Origin: Savitreella phatthalungensis
Taxonomy: Eukaryota
Direction: 5' to 3'
Length of the DNA: 64,000 bases
NCBI GenBank assembly: GCA_051599415.1
Contig: AP039695.1
Span: 186,001 to 250,000, forward strand
In this document: in pieces, positions 12,173-21,301 of the stretch
How positions within the stretch are numbered: the first letter of the stretch is position 1
Layout: each line of letters begins with the position of its first letter
Notes under the pieces: generated by a model
The model's input: the letters and a program-made list of their open reading frames with translations, nothing else
Told to the model about the DNA's origin: nothing
Database searches by the model: none
Position numbers and translations under genes: made by a program

Positions 12173-12823
12173 ATGCTCTCGATCCTTGCACTCCTTACAC
12201 CCGCGGCGCTTGCTCTGATGATCACTTCACCACAGCAAAACACAGTCTGGACAACGGGAGAGTCTCAGACAGTGACCTGGAACAGCGTCAACACTGACCA
12301 GCCAACCTTCAACGCCTACCTTTCCAACTACGCAAGCTACCCACCGCAGACAATCCTGCTCGCTTCCGACGTCTCCTCTTCCGCAGGATCTCTGACCGTC
12401 GACGGCTCAAAGCTCGTCGCAGGCAACGCGTTCCAGATTAACTTCACCAACGGTACTCGCACTGAGCAGATCTACGCCCAGTCGAACCAGTTCAACATCA
12501 AGCAGGGCACCAAGGCAGCAGCTGTCTCCGGAGCGTCCTCTGTCGCTTCCACCGCCGTTGCCGGCGCATCCTCTGTCGCCTCGACTGCCGTCGCAGGTGC
12601 ATCCTCTGTTGCATCGACCGCCGTTGCCGGTGCTTCCTCTGTCGCTTCACGCGCAGTCAACGGTGCTACCTCTGTCGCCGGCGCTGCAGCCTCAGCAGTC
12701 ACTGGTGCAGCTGGCGCAGTCGCTTCCACTGTCGCCAACCGCTCAGGCGCTCCTGCATCATCACTTGCTCTCGGATTCGCAGCCTTCTCCTCCCTCGCTG
12801 CAGCCGTCCTCCTCGTCTGCTAG
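12173..12823 (+). CDS. GPI-anchored Ser/Thr/Ala-rich cell-surface protein with Kre9/Knh1-like N-terminal Ig-like domain
   Basis: Signal peptide; domain ITSPQQNTVW...VTWNSVNTD...IYAQSNQFNI; AVAGASSVAST repeats; hydrophobic C-terminal GPI signal. TATAAG at about 12074. Confidence 0.88.
   Translation: MLSILALLTPAALALMITSPQQNTVWTTGESQTVTWNSVNTDQPTFNAYLSNYASYPPQTILLASDVSSSAGSLTVDGSKLVAGNAFQINFTNGTRTEQIYAQSNQFNIKQGTKAAAVSGASSVASTAVAGASSVASTAVAGASSVASTAVAGASSVASRAVNGATSVAGAAASAVTGAAGAVASTVANRSGAPASSLALGFAAFSSLAAAVLLVC
12521..12652 (+). repeat. Intragenic 33-bp tandem repeat (4 units plus degenerate copies) encoding AVAGASSVAST
   Basis: The 11-aa unit repeats with synonymous differences between copies. 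Confidence 0.9.
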
Positions 12824-12969
12824 ACGCCTGCGCATGACCACTCTCAATCACTGAAAATCACGTCGATACGTAGACTAGACCTAATTGATGAAGATCGTTT
12901 CTCCCGCTACTCGTACATGCACGTGTACGCGTATTCTGTCAAACGCCACCCCCAACAGTATCGTGAAGG

Positions 12970-14370
12970 TCAGTGATGTTCTGGGGTAACACCAGTTCCG
13001 CCGTTGTTTCTATCCCCGTTCTCATTCCCGTCATTGTTACCACCGCCACCTCCAGCGCCAGTGCCGACTCCCGCCTCATTACGTCTCCTCAAATGAATAC
13101 AATCCGGATCCTCCGGTTTCGCGCACCCACCACTAATCTGAGCGTTCCGCCTCCACCTCGATCTCCCAGTCATCGCCAACAACTCCTCCGTCAGCAACCA
13201 CGGCGACCTTCTCAACACCTCTTTCCTCATCTCACACCCTTCCTCGCAACCCACCCTGTACGTGCCCCTGCTCTCCCGCCTTTCCAACCTCCGCAACTCT
13301 TCCGCCTCAGCAGCAACATCACGGCGCATCTTGCATCCAGGCAGCGGGTTCGGGTACGGGCATGTGGTGATCTCAGGCGACTCACCACGTCGCTCTATCT
13401 TCTCAGCCGCCTCAGCAACATCCCGGCGCATCTTGCACCCTGAAAGCGGATCGGGGTCTGGACAAGTGGCGACCAAGTTCGATTTCCCAGGAGCAAGCCT
13501 GCCTCTATCGATCGCATCCACCCGGATCCCGCCACGCCTGACCTTCTTTGCCACAGCATGCGTCTCCTGGCGCCCAGCCTGCGAATTCAACCCAGACTGC
13601 GTGGTGATCTCTGATGACTCACGTCGCTCCATCTTCTCATCCGCTACCGCAATCTCTCGACGTTCCTTGCACCCAGGCAGCGGGTTCGGGTATGGGCAAG
13701 TGGTGATGCCATCTGCCTCATCTCGCCTAGGGAGATCACCTTCGTCCGACACAGGTGGCTTCTCCTTGCACCCTGGCTGCGGGTCAGGGTATGGGCAAGT
13801 CTTGATCACGCTCGACACCACTCGCCGACCGAGTTCGCCACCCTCCACACCATGCCCATCGCAGTCGGACGAGGTCGGGTCGGGACATGGGCCTGTGCTC
13901 CCGTTACCGGGCGTCGGTGTCGGCGTCGATGTGTCGTCGCGACGATCCAACAATCTACCACCCTGGCAAGCTGGGTGTGTCGGGTCTCTGCACTGTCGCG
14001 AAGGCGCGCTCCGATCGGGCGTGTCATCCCGTCGGTCGAGCTTGCCCATAAGCGTTCCCTTGTACCACGGAGCGGTCGGGCCGGCCGGGCTTGTTCTGCC
14101 ATTGACCGGTGTTGTCTGCGCAGCACGCCGATCAAGCGCTTTGAAGCCGTGACAGTTGGGATCGTCTGGATTCGGACACGAGCCGGACTGGTGAATCAGA
14201 CCAAGCGACTGGTCTTCAAATCTGGTCGTGCTGCCATCAGCACGGCCGTCGAGCGCAGGGTCGTTGTCCGACAAACTCCTGGCGCCGTTCGGATGGACCG
14301 GCGCAGCGTTGATCGTCAGAGGCAGCACCCAGGCAGCTACGGCAGCAATCTTGCAAAGTGTAATTGTCAT
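12970..14370 (-). CDS. Secreted Kex2-processed repeat protein (KEP) carrying multiple Cys-loop peptides, 466 aa
   Basis: ATG at 14370 gives signal peptide MTITLCKIAAVAAWVLPLTINA. More than 14 RR sites separate units with CPNPDDPNC, CRDPTHPAC, CPDPTSSDC, CPYPDPQPGC, CPYPNPLPGC (x2), CPDPDPLSGC, CEEGC and CAKPEDPDC. Confidence 0.85.
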   Translation of the reverse strand: MTITLCKIAAVAAWVLPLTINAAPVHPNGARSLSDNDPALDGRADGSTTRFEDQSLGLIHQSGSCPNPDDPNCHGFKALDRRAAQTTPVNGRTSPAGPTAPWYKGTLMGKLDRRDDTPDRSAPSRQCRDPTHPACQGGRLLDRRDDTSTPTPTPGNGSTGPCPDPTSSDCDGHGVEGGELGRRVVSSVIKTCPYPDPQPGCKEKPPVSDEGDLPRRDEADGITTCPYPNPLPGCKERREIAVADEKMERRESSEITTQSGLNSQAGRQETHAVAKKVRRGGIRVDAIDRGRLAPGKSNLVATCPDPDPLSGCKMRRDVAEAAEKIERRGESPEITTCPYPNPLPGCKMRRDVAAEAEELRRLERRESRGTYRVGCEEGCEMRKEVLRRSPWLLTEELLAMTGRSRWRRNAQISGGCAKPEDPDCIHLRRRNEAGVGTGAGGGGGNNDGNENGDRNNGGTGVTPEHH

Positions 14371-14936
14371 TGTTCTCTCGAAATACCCGCAGGCCGTTGA
14401 CAGCGATGTGATGTACACATACACTATTGGCGGCTTAAGTAACATGCTCCTGTAGAGGCCAAACGCTCTATCTTCGTCACATAGATGGATCACGCGCGGC
14501 AACGGCGACACAACAGATCGCCCAATTAGGCTAAGTGGCGAAAGTTTTCCTGCAGGTTGTCGCAATTTGCATTACTTGTGTTTCGGCAACGACTTCAGTA
14601 TCGCCACTCATCCTGCAGGCGAAAGGAAGCACGAAAGCGACAAATCGCCACTCAACTATCCTTCAGGTATGTTTCAGAACGCGTCCTCATGATCTACCGG
14701 CAACCGACTTTAATCAAACGAGTCTTTCAACATTCGAGACTTTTCTTCACACCCAGCTGACTAGCGCAACGCTGCTAAATCTCGGACAGCTTCAATACTC
14801 CGATTTGACCCGTTGTGCAATGCACTCGGTCACGCACAACGGGAGATGGAAGGTGGCACTGATAAGCCATTTTGGCAATCTACGACATATTCGATGTCTT
14901 TTTGTGGAGCGAGCCGGCCAAGTAGAGCACCGAATG

Positions 14937-15275
14937 TCAAACCACCTGTGGGACCCAGTCGTTTGTAGTGCTGCTTTCGAGATTGATATCGTCTCGCCTG
15001 CGTATGTTGCCCGGATTGCATCGAGGATCATCGACTTTCTCACAGTTCGTGCTGCCGCCAGCTTGCGGCGCTCGTCGATCCAGCTTGAACTTGTGGTGTA
15101 GCTCTCGTCGATGAAGCGCGTGCTCGTTGGGTGTCTTGACAGGGTAGTTCGCCTTGACAAAGGAGGATCGCTCGGGCAAGTCTCTCACATGAAGCACTGG
15201 CTCTGCAGTTGCCATTGTGACGAGTGGAGAGAACCAGGTCGCTACTGCGACTACCTTGAACAACGAGATCATCAT
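14937..15275 (-). CDS. Small secreted prepropeptide, paralog of the neighbouring KEP
   Basis: Signal peptide MMISLFKVVAVATWFSPLVTMATA; LHRR, LDRR and RRR sites; core APQAGGSTNCEKVDDPRCNPGNI. Confidence 0.8.
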   Translation of the reverse strand: MMISLFKVVAVATWFSPLVTMATAEPVLHVRDLPERSSFVKANYPVKTPNEHALHRRELHHKFKLDRRAPQAGGSTNCEKVDDPRCNPGNIRRRDDINLESSTTNDWVPQVV

Positions 15276-15795
15276 CCCTGAAAATATCTTCTGAACGATG
15301 CGACTTGGCTGGACGTCTTATGTACACCGCTGTGTCGCAACTCAAACAATTCATCCTCGTCACATGGATGCCCTACGTACGCGTGCTGACGGGATCGCAA
15401 CATGTAATCGAATCGGGAAAAGAGGCGAACGACCTCACAGATCGTCAAGGCTGATACAGACAATCGTACGCCACTCTTGAGTCCCCCTTGCCACGCCCGG
15501 CGCAATCGGTTTCGAGACACGTCCTCCTTATTATGATCTCGAGTCGCACCCGCTCCATTCAGCTGTAAAGAGCCGCTCAATCTCGAACACATATGCCACT
15601 CGCATCTGACCTAGGCACTCAACCTATTGGGGATCTTTGCAGCAGTCTTACCACTGGGTCACGCACGATTCAAGTGATGGGATGTCAATGACAGGGATGC
15701 CCTGTAAGGTACTTGACCAAGACTATGCTGTACGCGCTTACACCATCTGCGTTGCACGATCGTTTTGACTCAGTGCTATTCCTATAACTCTGTTC

Positions 15796-16155
15796 CTATC
15801 GATAAATTGGCGGCGTGTCGCGCCTCTGTAGCTCCCCATCGAGCGTCTTACCCTGAATATCAGCATCCCCGCGCTTGCGCAACTTCCCAGAAGTGCATCG
15901 CACATCGTTTGGATTCGGGCACGAATACTGCTCGCTGCCTGAGCCTTGCTGAGCGTCCGCGTCTGCGTGTGCGATCGCGTCACGCCGTCGGAGCGTGCGC
16001 TGATCGCCGGTTTCCACAATTCCACGCGACTCACCAAAGACAGAACGCCCGGACAAGCTTCTCACGTTGTCCACAGGCGTGACAGCGACGGTGAACGCCA
16101 GCGGGAATATTGAGACCGCTACAGTAGCCAGCTTAAAGAGCGAATTCACCATCAT
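15796..16155 (-). CDS. Small secreted prepropeptide, paralog of the neighbouring KEP
   Basis: ATG at 16155 gives signal peptide MMVNSLFKLATVAVSIFPLAFTVA, similar to the 15275 gene. Core RRR-DAIAHADADA-QQGSGSEQYSCPNPNDVRCTSGKL-RKR. Confidence 0.8.
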   Translation of the reverse strand: MMVNSLFKLATVAVSIFPLAFTVAVTPVDNVRSLSGRSVFGESRGIVETGDQRTLRRRDAIAHADADAQQGSGSEQYSCPNPNDVRCTSGKLRKRGDADIQGKTLDGELQRRDTPPIYR

Positions 16156-16871
16156 GCACCTGGTCGTCGATCGGGATGCGCTACGGGCATTGACTGCTGC
16201 CTTATGTAGTGCACAAGACACTCAGTACCATGCTCCGTCGTGTACGTGGCTTGCACCGCGTGACAATGATGTTACATTTCTCCGAATGCGGTCGTTTGGA
16301 AACGGCCTCATATCTGTAGTTGAGTCGTTGAAGCACCGAGAGCTTCCGCCAGGACGGAGGAGGGAGATTGTGGCGGGCGGTCGACTGAGTCGTGCCTTCG
16401 GTGGACGAGTCCAACATTCATACATGAGGAAAAGAGAAGCACGAACTTCCGGGATCGGGATCGGGATCGAAGCAGCATCCACTCCATGGCTGACGAGACA
16501 ATGTGGCCTTCCCCAATTCCGGCTGGCATTCTTGTGACAGCGTTTCTGAACCGAGTCGAGTCAGGCGCGGGGATCGCAGCAGCCGCTAACACTCCATATT
16601 GTTCAGACACTCGGAATTCCAACGATCGTCTCGTGGCAAATAGCCCGAATCTCGATGGTCCATCATTCAATCACAAACACACAGAACGGGCAAAAGACAG
16701 GGAACACAACAACACGAGACGATCGGAGTGAATGATGGGAAGTTGATGAGGATTTGGCGATTGGAGGAGAGCTCTTTCTCGACCGTTGATCGAGATGTGC
16801 TGCTGATGCCTGGACTGAACGTGACATCGAAGCTTTGCAGCTCGACACGCCTGCGTTCGGCAACTCCCCTG

Positions 16872-17267
16872 TTAGGTCAAGAGGCCGCCAGTCGCGGCTG
16901 CCTGCGAAGCCCCAGCTCGCTTCTCGAACACGCTGTGAGGGTCTCCGGTCGTGTCTCCGAGGTCTCCTTCGTCATCGCTTTCGCGCTTCTGGTAGGTATT
17001 CATGAGCTTCGGCGGCGGCGTAGGTGTATGCGACACCCTCGCCCAGGTGACTGTGCCGGTGGGGTAGTTGCGCTTCTCGAGGTCCAGAGCTGCCATGAGC
17101 TTCGGCGGGTGCGTGGCCCTGGCACAGGTGGGAAGACATGCTTGAGGATCACGCTTGTCGAGCTGAGCATCAGCCGTGCCGGGTGAACCGGGCACGGCAA
17201 TTGCATTGACAAGCGCTGGAAGGGCGATCGTCACACCTAGCGTGAGTAATTGGTTGAGTGAGTACAT
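16872..17267 (-). CDS. Small secreted Kex2-processed repeat protein
   Basis: ATG at 17267 gives signal peptide MYSLNQLLTLGVTIALPALVNA. Four KR sites (LDKR, LEKR, YQKR, FEKR); two related units ending in H..PPKLM. Confidence 0.8.
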   Translation of the reverse strand: MYSLNQLLTLGVTIALPALVNAIAVPGSPGTADAQLDKRDPQACLPTCARATHPPKLMAALDLEKRNYPTGTVTWARVSHTPTPPPKLMNTYQKRESDDEGDLGDTTGDPHSVFEKRAGASQAAATGGLLT

Positions 17268-17867
17268 CTTGTCAAGGTGTGGCAGGCTTGGGAACGGTCG
17301 CAGCGATATCGATTTTGGACAGGGTAGAGAGGCGGACAACCGGGGTTAAGTAGACCTGGGGATAAGTGCTCAGGTGATCGTGAGGGCGTTATCAAGCACT
17401 AAACATGGCGTCCCGGAACAACCTCGTGGATGTGAGGGCGTGGTTGAAGACGAGACTGTCGACAAGTCATGGCCAGAGACAGTGATAGACAGATCATCAA
17501 TTACAGACAAAAAATGGGCGTGGAAAGGATAAGTTTGCGCCTGTGGATGCGGCGAAGTGAGCCATGCTGCGTGAAATCGAGATGACCTCGAGCCGGGACG
17601 GGTGATGCACGAGCATGCCAGGAACTGCGGAAGGCATATCGCCCTCGCACGGTTCTGGCGTGACGGCATGGGTCGCTGACTCAGTACTCAGAGTGATTGC
17701 GCAACTGGTCAAGACCATGAACAGCCACACTCAAGTACTCTCTGTCGGGCATTGTTGTGGTTCGAGCCGAAAGAATTGATTGTTGTCAAGTCTCTGGACA
17801 GATGATGCACACGCGGCAGGTGATTCGCAGTGTGTTATGTGCAGTGATCAGCCGGGCGCACCTCCTC

Positions 17868-18137
17868 TCAATAGCAATAAGGTTCGCACTTCTCGACCTC
17901 AGGTTCTTCCCAGAATCGATGGTGGTTGGACATGGGTCTTGGCGGTGTATGCTGAATCCAACCTCCTGGATGACGGATTGGGTAGCCTTCGTCTGGTAGG
18001 ATATCGCTGTCCTCGACCGGGACGACTGTCGGGTCTTGCTCTGACGGTGTGACTTCGAGCGGCGCGCGAGGTACTGGGATTACGGCTGCTGTGCAGAAAG
18101 ACGCGAGGCCTATGGTAAGGACAAGCGAATGGCGCAT
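17868..18137 (-). CDS. Small secreted protein, 89 aa
   Basis: ATG at 18137 gives signal peptide MRHSLVLTIGLASFCTA. Acidic pro-like region, HPGGWIQHTPPRPM segment and C-terminal CEPYCY. Confidence 0.65.
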   Translation of the reverse strand: MRHSLVLTIGLASFCTAAVIPVPRAPLEVTPSEQDPTVVPVEDSDILPDEGYPIRHPGGWIQHTPPRPMSNHHRFWEEPEVEKCEPYCY

Positions 18138-18336
18138 GTCGCTCCAGCTGAATGATGACAGAAGCTTTGGCGTACTGTCCTCAAATAAGGTACCTGGAGT
18201 AATGCTATCCGAGCATACTTGACACGTAAAGCTCGTCGGAAGCGGTCGACTTCGGAGGTTGAAGAACACACGCATGTCACATGGGGATGGGCACGCGTTT
18301 GATGTGCCGACGCCACGTGATAGTCGCCGTTGTGCA

Positions 18337-19692
18337 CTAGTACAAGGTAGTGATCTTGGTTGCACCATCTGGGAGTTTTGCTCTGAGGACAGCGCCTGGG
18401 TGGACACGGTAATCTGTACCGTTGTTCCAGTCCGGTTGGAAAGGAAGTTGGTTGATGTTGATGTAGATGTAGCCGTCTGCGCCGACGGTCGCTCCATCTG
18501 GCCAGAGGATTCGCGGGTCGCGGAGGAATGGCCGAGTCTCGCCGACTTGCGGATCGAACGCGTAGATGGCGTTCTGAGACGGCATCAGCTGGTAGATTCT
18601 GCCTGACGAGTCGCCTTCGAAGCCGTTCGCGTTTCCGCCACGCTGACCCCAATCACTCACGTTGCTGTGCGCCCACACCTCAGCGAGTGGCTCGCTTGGT
18701 GGAACGCGTAGATTGGAGGTCGGCACGGAGTAGAGCGTATTGGAAGTCAAGGGGGAATAGTACATTCTAAGACCATCTGGAGACAGCTGGATTCCGTCGA
18801 GTCCTTCCTTCTGCCATGTTACCGGCGATCCGAGCTGGCGGAAGTAGAAGGGGTTGCCGAAGTACGTCGGCACGTCCTGCTGGACACGCAGGACAGATGG
18901 ATCCTGCTCCAAACGTCGCCAAGACTTGCCGGATCCCAGGTCGACCATGATGAAGCCCGGTCGGCCCTCGTTTGAGGAATCGACAAGGTATGCAATGCCT
19001 TGGCCGGTCGTGCCAGACAGATTGCTTCGCAGATCGAACCGGAGGTCATTCAGATACGAGTCTGGATAGTGGACGGTGGCAGGGAATGTGAACGTCTGGT
19101 AGATGGTGTCGTTTGAGAGGCTGATGGCGACGAGCTTGGGGCCGCCAGGTTGAGCATATGGCATGCTCGGCGCGCCTTGTGCATCGTGAACTGTCGGTCT
19201 GCCTGTATCGAGCACCCACAAGGTCTCCGGCCTGGAACTAGTCTGCGGTGTGATGTAGAGCGCCTGGACTGAGATGAAGGCCGAGCTATTATCGCTGCCG
19301 AAGGCGATGCCATTGAACGAGGTGTTCAGTCGGGAGACTGGCAGGTTGAGGTCGAGCGAAGGGTAAGCGCGTTCAGCAGTCTTGTTGACCGTTTCTCCGA
19401 GCGTGTATCGGTAGTCTCCGCGAGTGTAGGAGACGAAGAATCTACCCGTGGATGAGATGGCCAGGCCAATGGGCCACTGGTCGTAGTAGTAATGATACTC
19501 TTCGAGCTGTGGACCATAGACACCGCTGTCGTAGCGCAAGACTGAGCTTGATGGCCTGCAGAACGTAGAGCTGTTACTCGATGCATTAGTGCTTGTGGAG
19601 CCCGGCAGGACTGTACTGTTGAGATGAGCGTCGGTGATAGGGCTTGCGACCTGTGCCGCTGCACCTGCAGCTAACACTAGCAGTGAGAACAT
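18337..19692 (-). CDS. Secreted major royal jelly protein/yellow-like beta-propeller protein
   Basis: Signal peptide. MRJP-like motifs FISVQALYI, LWVLDTG, PKLVAISL, YLNDLRFD, GLDGIQLSPDG..MYYSPLTS and DPRILWPD. Confidence 0.88.
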   Translation of the reverse strand: MFSLLVLAAGAAAQVASPITDAHLNSTVLPGSTSTNASSNSSTFCRPSSSVLRYDSGVYGPQLEEYHYYYDQWPIGLAISSTGRFFVSYTRGDYRYTLGETVNKTAERAYPSLDLNLPVSRLNTSFNGIAFGSDNSSAFISVQALYITPQTSSRPETLWVLDTGRPTVHDAQGAPSMPYAQPGGPKLVAISLSNDTIYQTFTFPATVHYPDSYLNDLRFDLRSNLSGTTGQGIAYLVDSSNEGRPGFIMVDLGSGKSWRRLEQDPSVLRVQQDVPTYFGNPFYFRQLGSPVTWQKEGLDGIQLSPDGLRMYYSPLTSNTLYSVPTSNLRVPPSEPLAEVWAHSNVSDWGQRGGNANGFEGDSSGRIYQLMPSQNAIYAFDPQVGETRPFLRDPRILWPDGATVGADGYIYININQLPFQPDWNNGTDYRVHPGAVLRAKLPDGATKITTLY

Positions 19693-19901
19693 CCTCTCAA
19701 GACGCTTGTTGGTTTGATGTGTTGGTAAAGAGAGAAGGTATCCTCGGTACTTTATACCGCTAGAGCCGCTGCTCGGTTAGATTTTCCCCGGATCAAGAAG
19801 ACCTTGTCAATTGTTGATGTCATATGCAGATCCTATCCGCACCGGAAATTGCAAACGTATTCGTGGAGTGGACACGGGTTGAACTTCTTCTTTCATGACC
19901 A

Positions 19902-21128
19902 TCAATCGTCCTCCATCAGAGCTTCAAGTTCAGCTAGCTCGTCGTCGTCGAGCACTGGCTGAGCTGTTGTGGGTGTGCTTGGCGTGTCGAGCTGCTGTCT
20001 GAACTTGCGCTGTTCTTCGTCATGTCGAGCTAAACCTGATGGCGTGACGTCCCAGAGCCTGAGCGTGCCGTCGAGTGAAACTGAGACGAGGGTGTGCCCG
20101 TGTGCTGCTACGCCTGAGACTGCGTCGTAGTGTCCCTGGAGTTCCTCGCGGAGCTGGCCGGTGGCCTGGTCAAACAGCCTGACAAGGCCATCTCTGCAGC
20201 CTGTGGCGAACAGGCCGAGGCCGTGCAACGGCACGATGCATTGGACGTAGTCGGGGTGCTCAACCTTGAGATCTTCCGTGAAGATCAGACCCTCAGCAGC
20301 TTGAGTGACGGCAAATTGACGTGCATGCTTGTCGGCAGACGCCGTCCAGAGGCATTCGGCATTATCGTCCCAGACGAGTGCGTAGATAGAGGTATCATGT
20401 CCCCAGAAAGGTTCCCTCTTCTCGCTTGCGTTGCCCTTACTGTCAATCTCCCACACCCTGACACTCGACTCTGAGCTGCCTGTCAGTAGGAGGTCGAGGT
20501 GTGGGAGGTACGCTAGCGATTCGATGCCTCTGGTGTGTGCGCGCACGACTGCCACGCACTTGAGCTCGCCTGTGCTACGCACATCGGAGATATCCCAGAC
20601 CCGCGCAGAACTGTCACTTGACCCGGACACAACGAATCCTGAAGTGCGGGACCCGGCACTGGGCACCCACACTAGACTCTTGACAAAGTCGTCATGCAGG
20701 GCGCCTGTCGCCAGACACTCGCCTGACTGAACGTCCCAGACCTTGATCGTCTTGTCCCATGAGCCTGTGATCAGGAGTCCTGCGCCTTGGGCTTCACCGT
20801 CGCTTGCGGTGACCTGGTTGTCGGGTAAATGTAGGAGTGCTGTGCAAGGTGCTGTGTGGCCTATGTAGGATTTCGCGACAGGCCGCTTGAACGGCTGACT
20901 ACTGGCTGCTGTGGGTGTTGCATCGATACGTATGTGCTTGGCGTGACCGCCCGCTTCTGCGACAAAGACATACTTGGCTGGGGAATGTGCGTCTGGGATG
21001 ACGGCGAGCACTTTGGTGGAGAGCCTTGATGGAGCACCGAGGACATTGTCACGCTCTCTCGCACGTTGGGCGGCTTTTGCACGGGCTTCGTCCGTCTGGA
21101 AGAAACTGTCGGCGTGCGTGGTCTCCAT
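19902..21128 (-). CDS. WD40-repeat protein
   Basis: Several GH...WD repeats: LITGSWDKTIKVWD, SGSSDSSARVWD, TGSSESSVRVWE, SVSLDGTLRLWD. Confidence 0.92.
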   Translation of the reverse strand: METTHADSFFQTDEARAKAAQRARERDNVLGAPSRLSTKVLAVIPDAHSPAKYVFVAEAGGHAKHIRIDATPTAASSQPFKRPVAKSYIGHTAPCTALLHLPDNQVTASDGEAQGAGLLITGSWDKTIKVWDVQSGECLATGALHDDFVKSLVWVPSAGSRTSGFVVSGSSDSSARVWDISDVRSTGELKCVAVVRAHTRGIESLAYLPHLDLLLTGSSESSVRVWEIDSKGNASEKREPFWGHDTSIYALVWDDNAECLWTASADKHARQFAVTQAAEGLIFTEDLKVEHPDYVQCIVPLHGLGLFATGCRDGLVRLFDQATGQLREELQGHYDAVSGVAAHGHTLVSVSLDGTLRLWDVTPSGLARHDEEQRKFRQQLDTPSTPTTAQPVLDDDELAELEALMEDD

Positions 21129-21301
21129 GGTCGGACCTTGTGTTGTTACGCGTCACGGAAATCCAACGCGTCTTTACCACTAGCTCTAATATACGGTGGT
21201 CCAGGCACAGGTACTAGCACAAGCAGGGCACTTCACCGCGACAAATAAACAACGCCAACACCGTGTTTGCAAGCATACAGAAGAGGAAGGGGGAAGAAGG
21301 G

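Noticed and set aside
13262..14152. 296-aa plus-strand ORF with repeats
   Set aside because: Antisense shadow of the KEP gene; the minus frame has the signal peptide, dibasic sites and Cys pairs.
14371..14565. N-terminal extension of the KEP in the ORF track
   Set aside because: It begins at a non-ATG codon; the signal peptide and TATA-like element point to ATG 14370.
14937..17267. Interpretation as the mating-pheromone locus
   Set aside because: Processing signals are similar, but the cores do not resemble alpha-factor, P-factor or WC..GQPCW pheromones, and no MAT genes are in the window. Not excluded, but unsupported.
12970..19692. Interpretation as a dikaritin (ustiloxin/phomopsin-type) RiPP cluster
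   Set aside because: No DUF3328/UstYa oxidase, tyrosinase or methyltransferase seen nearby; the cores are defined by Cys pairs.
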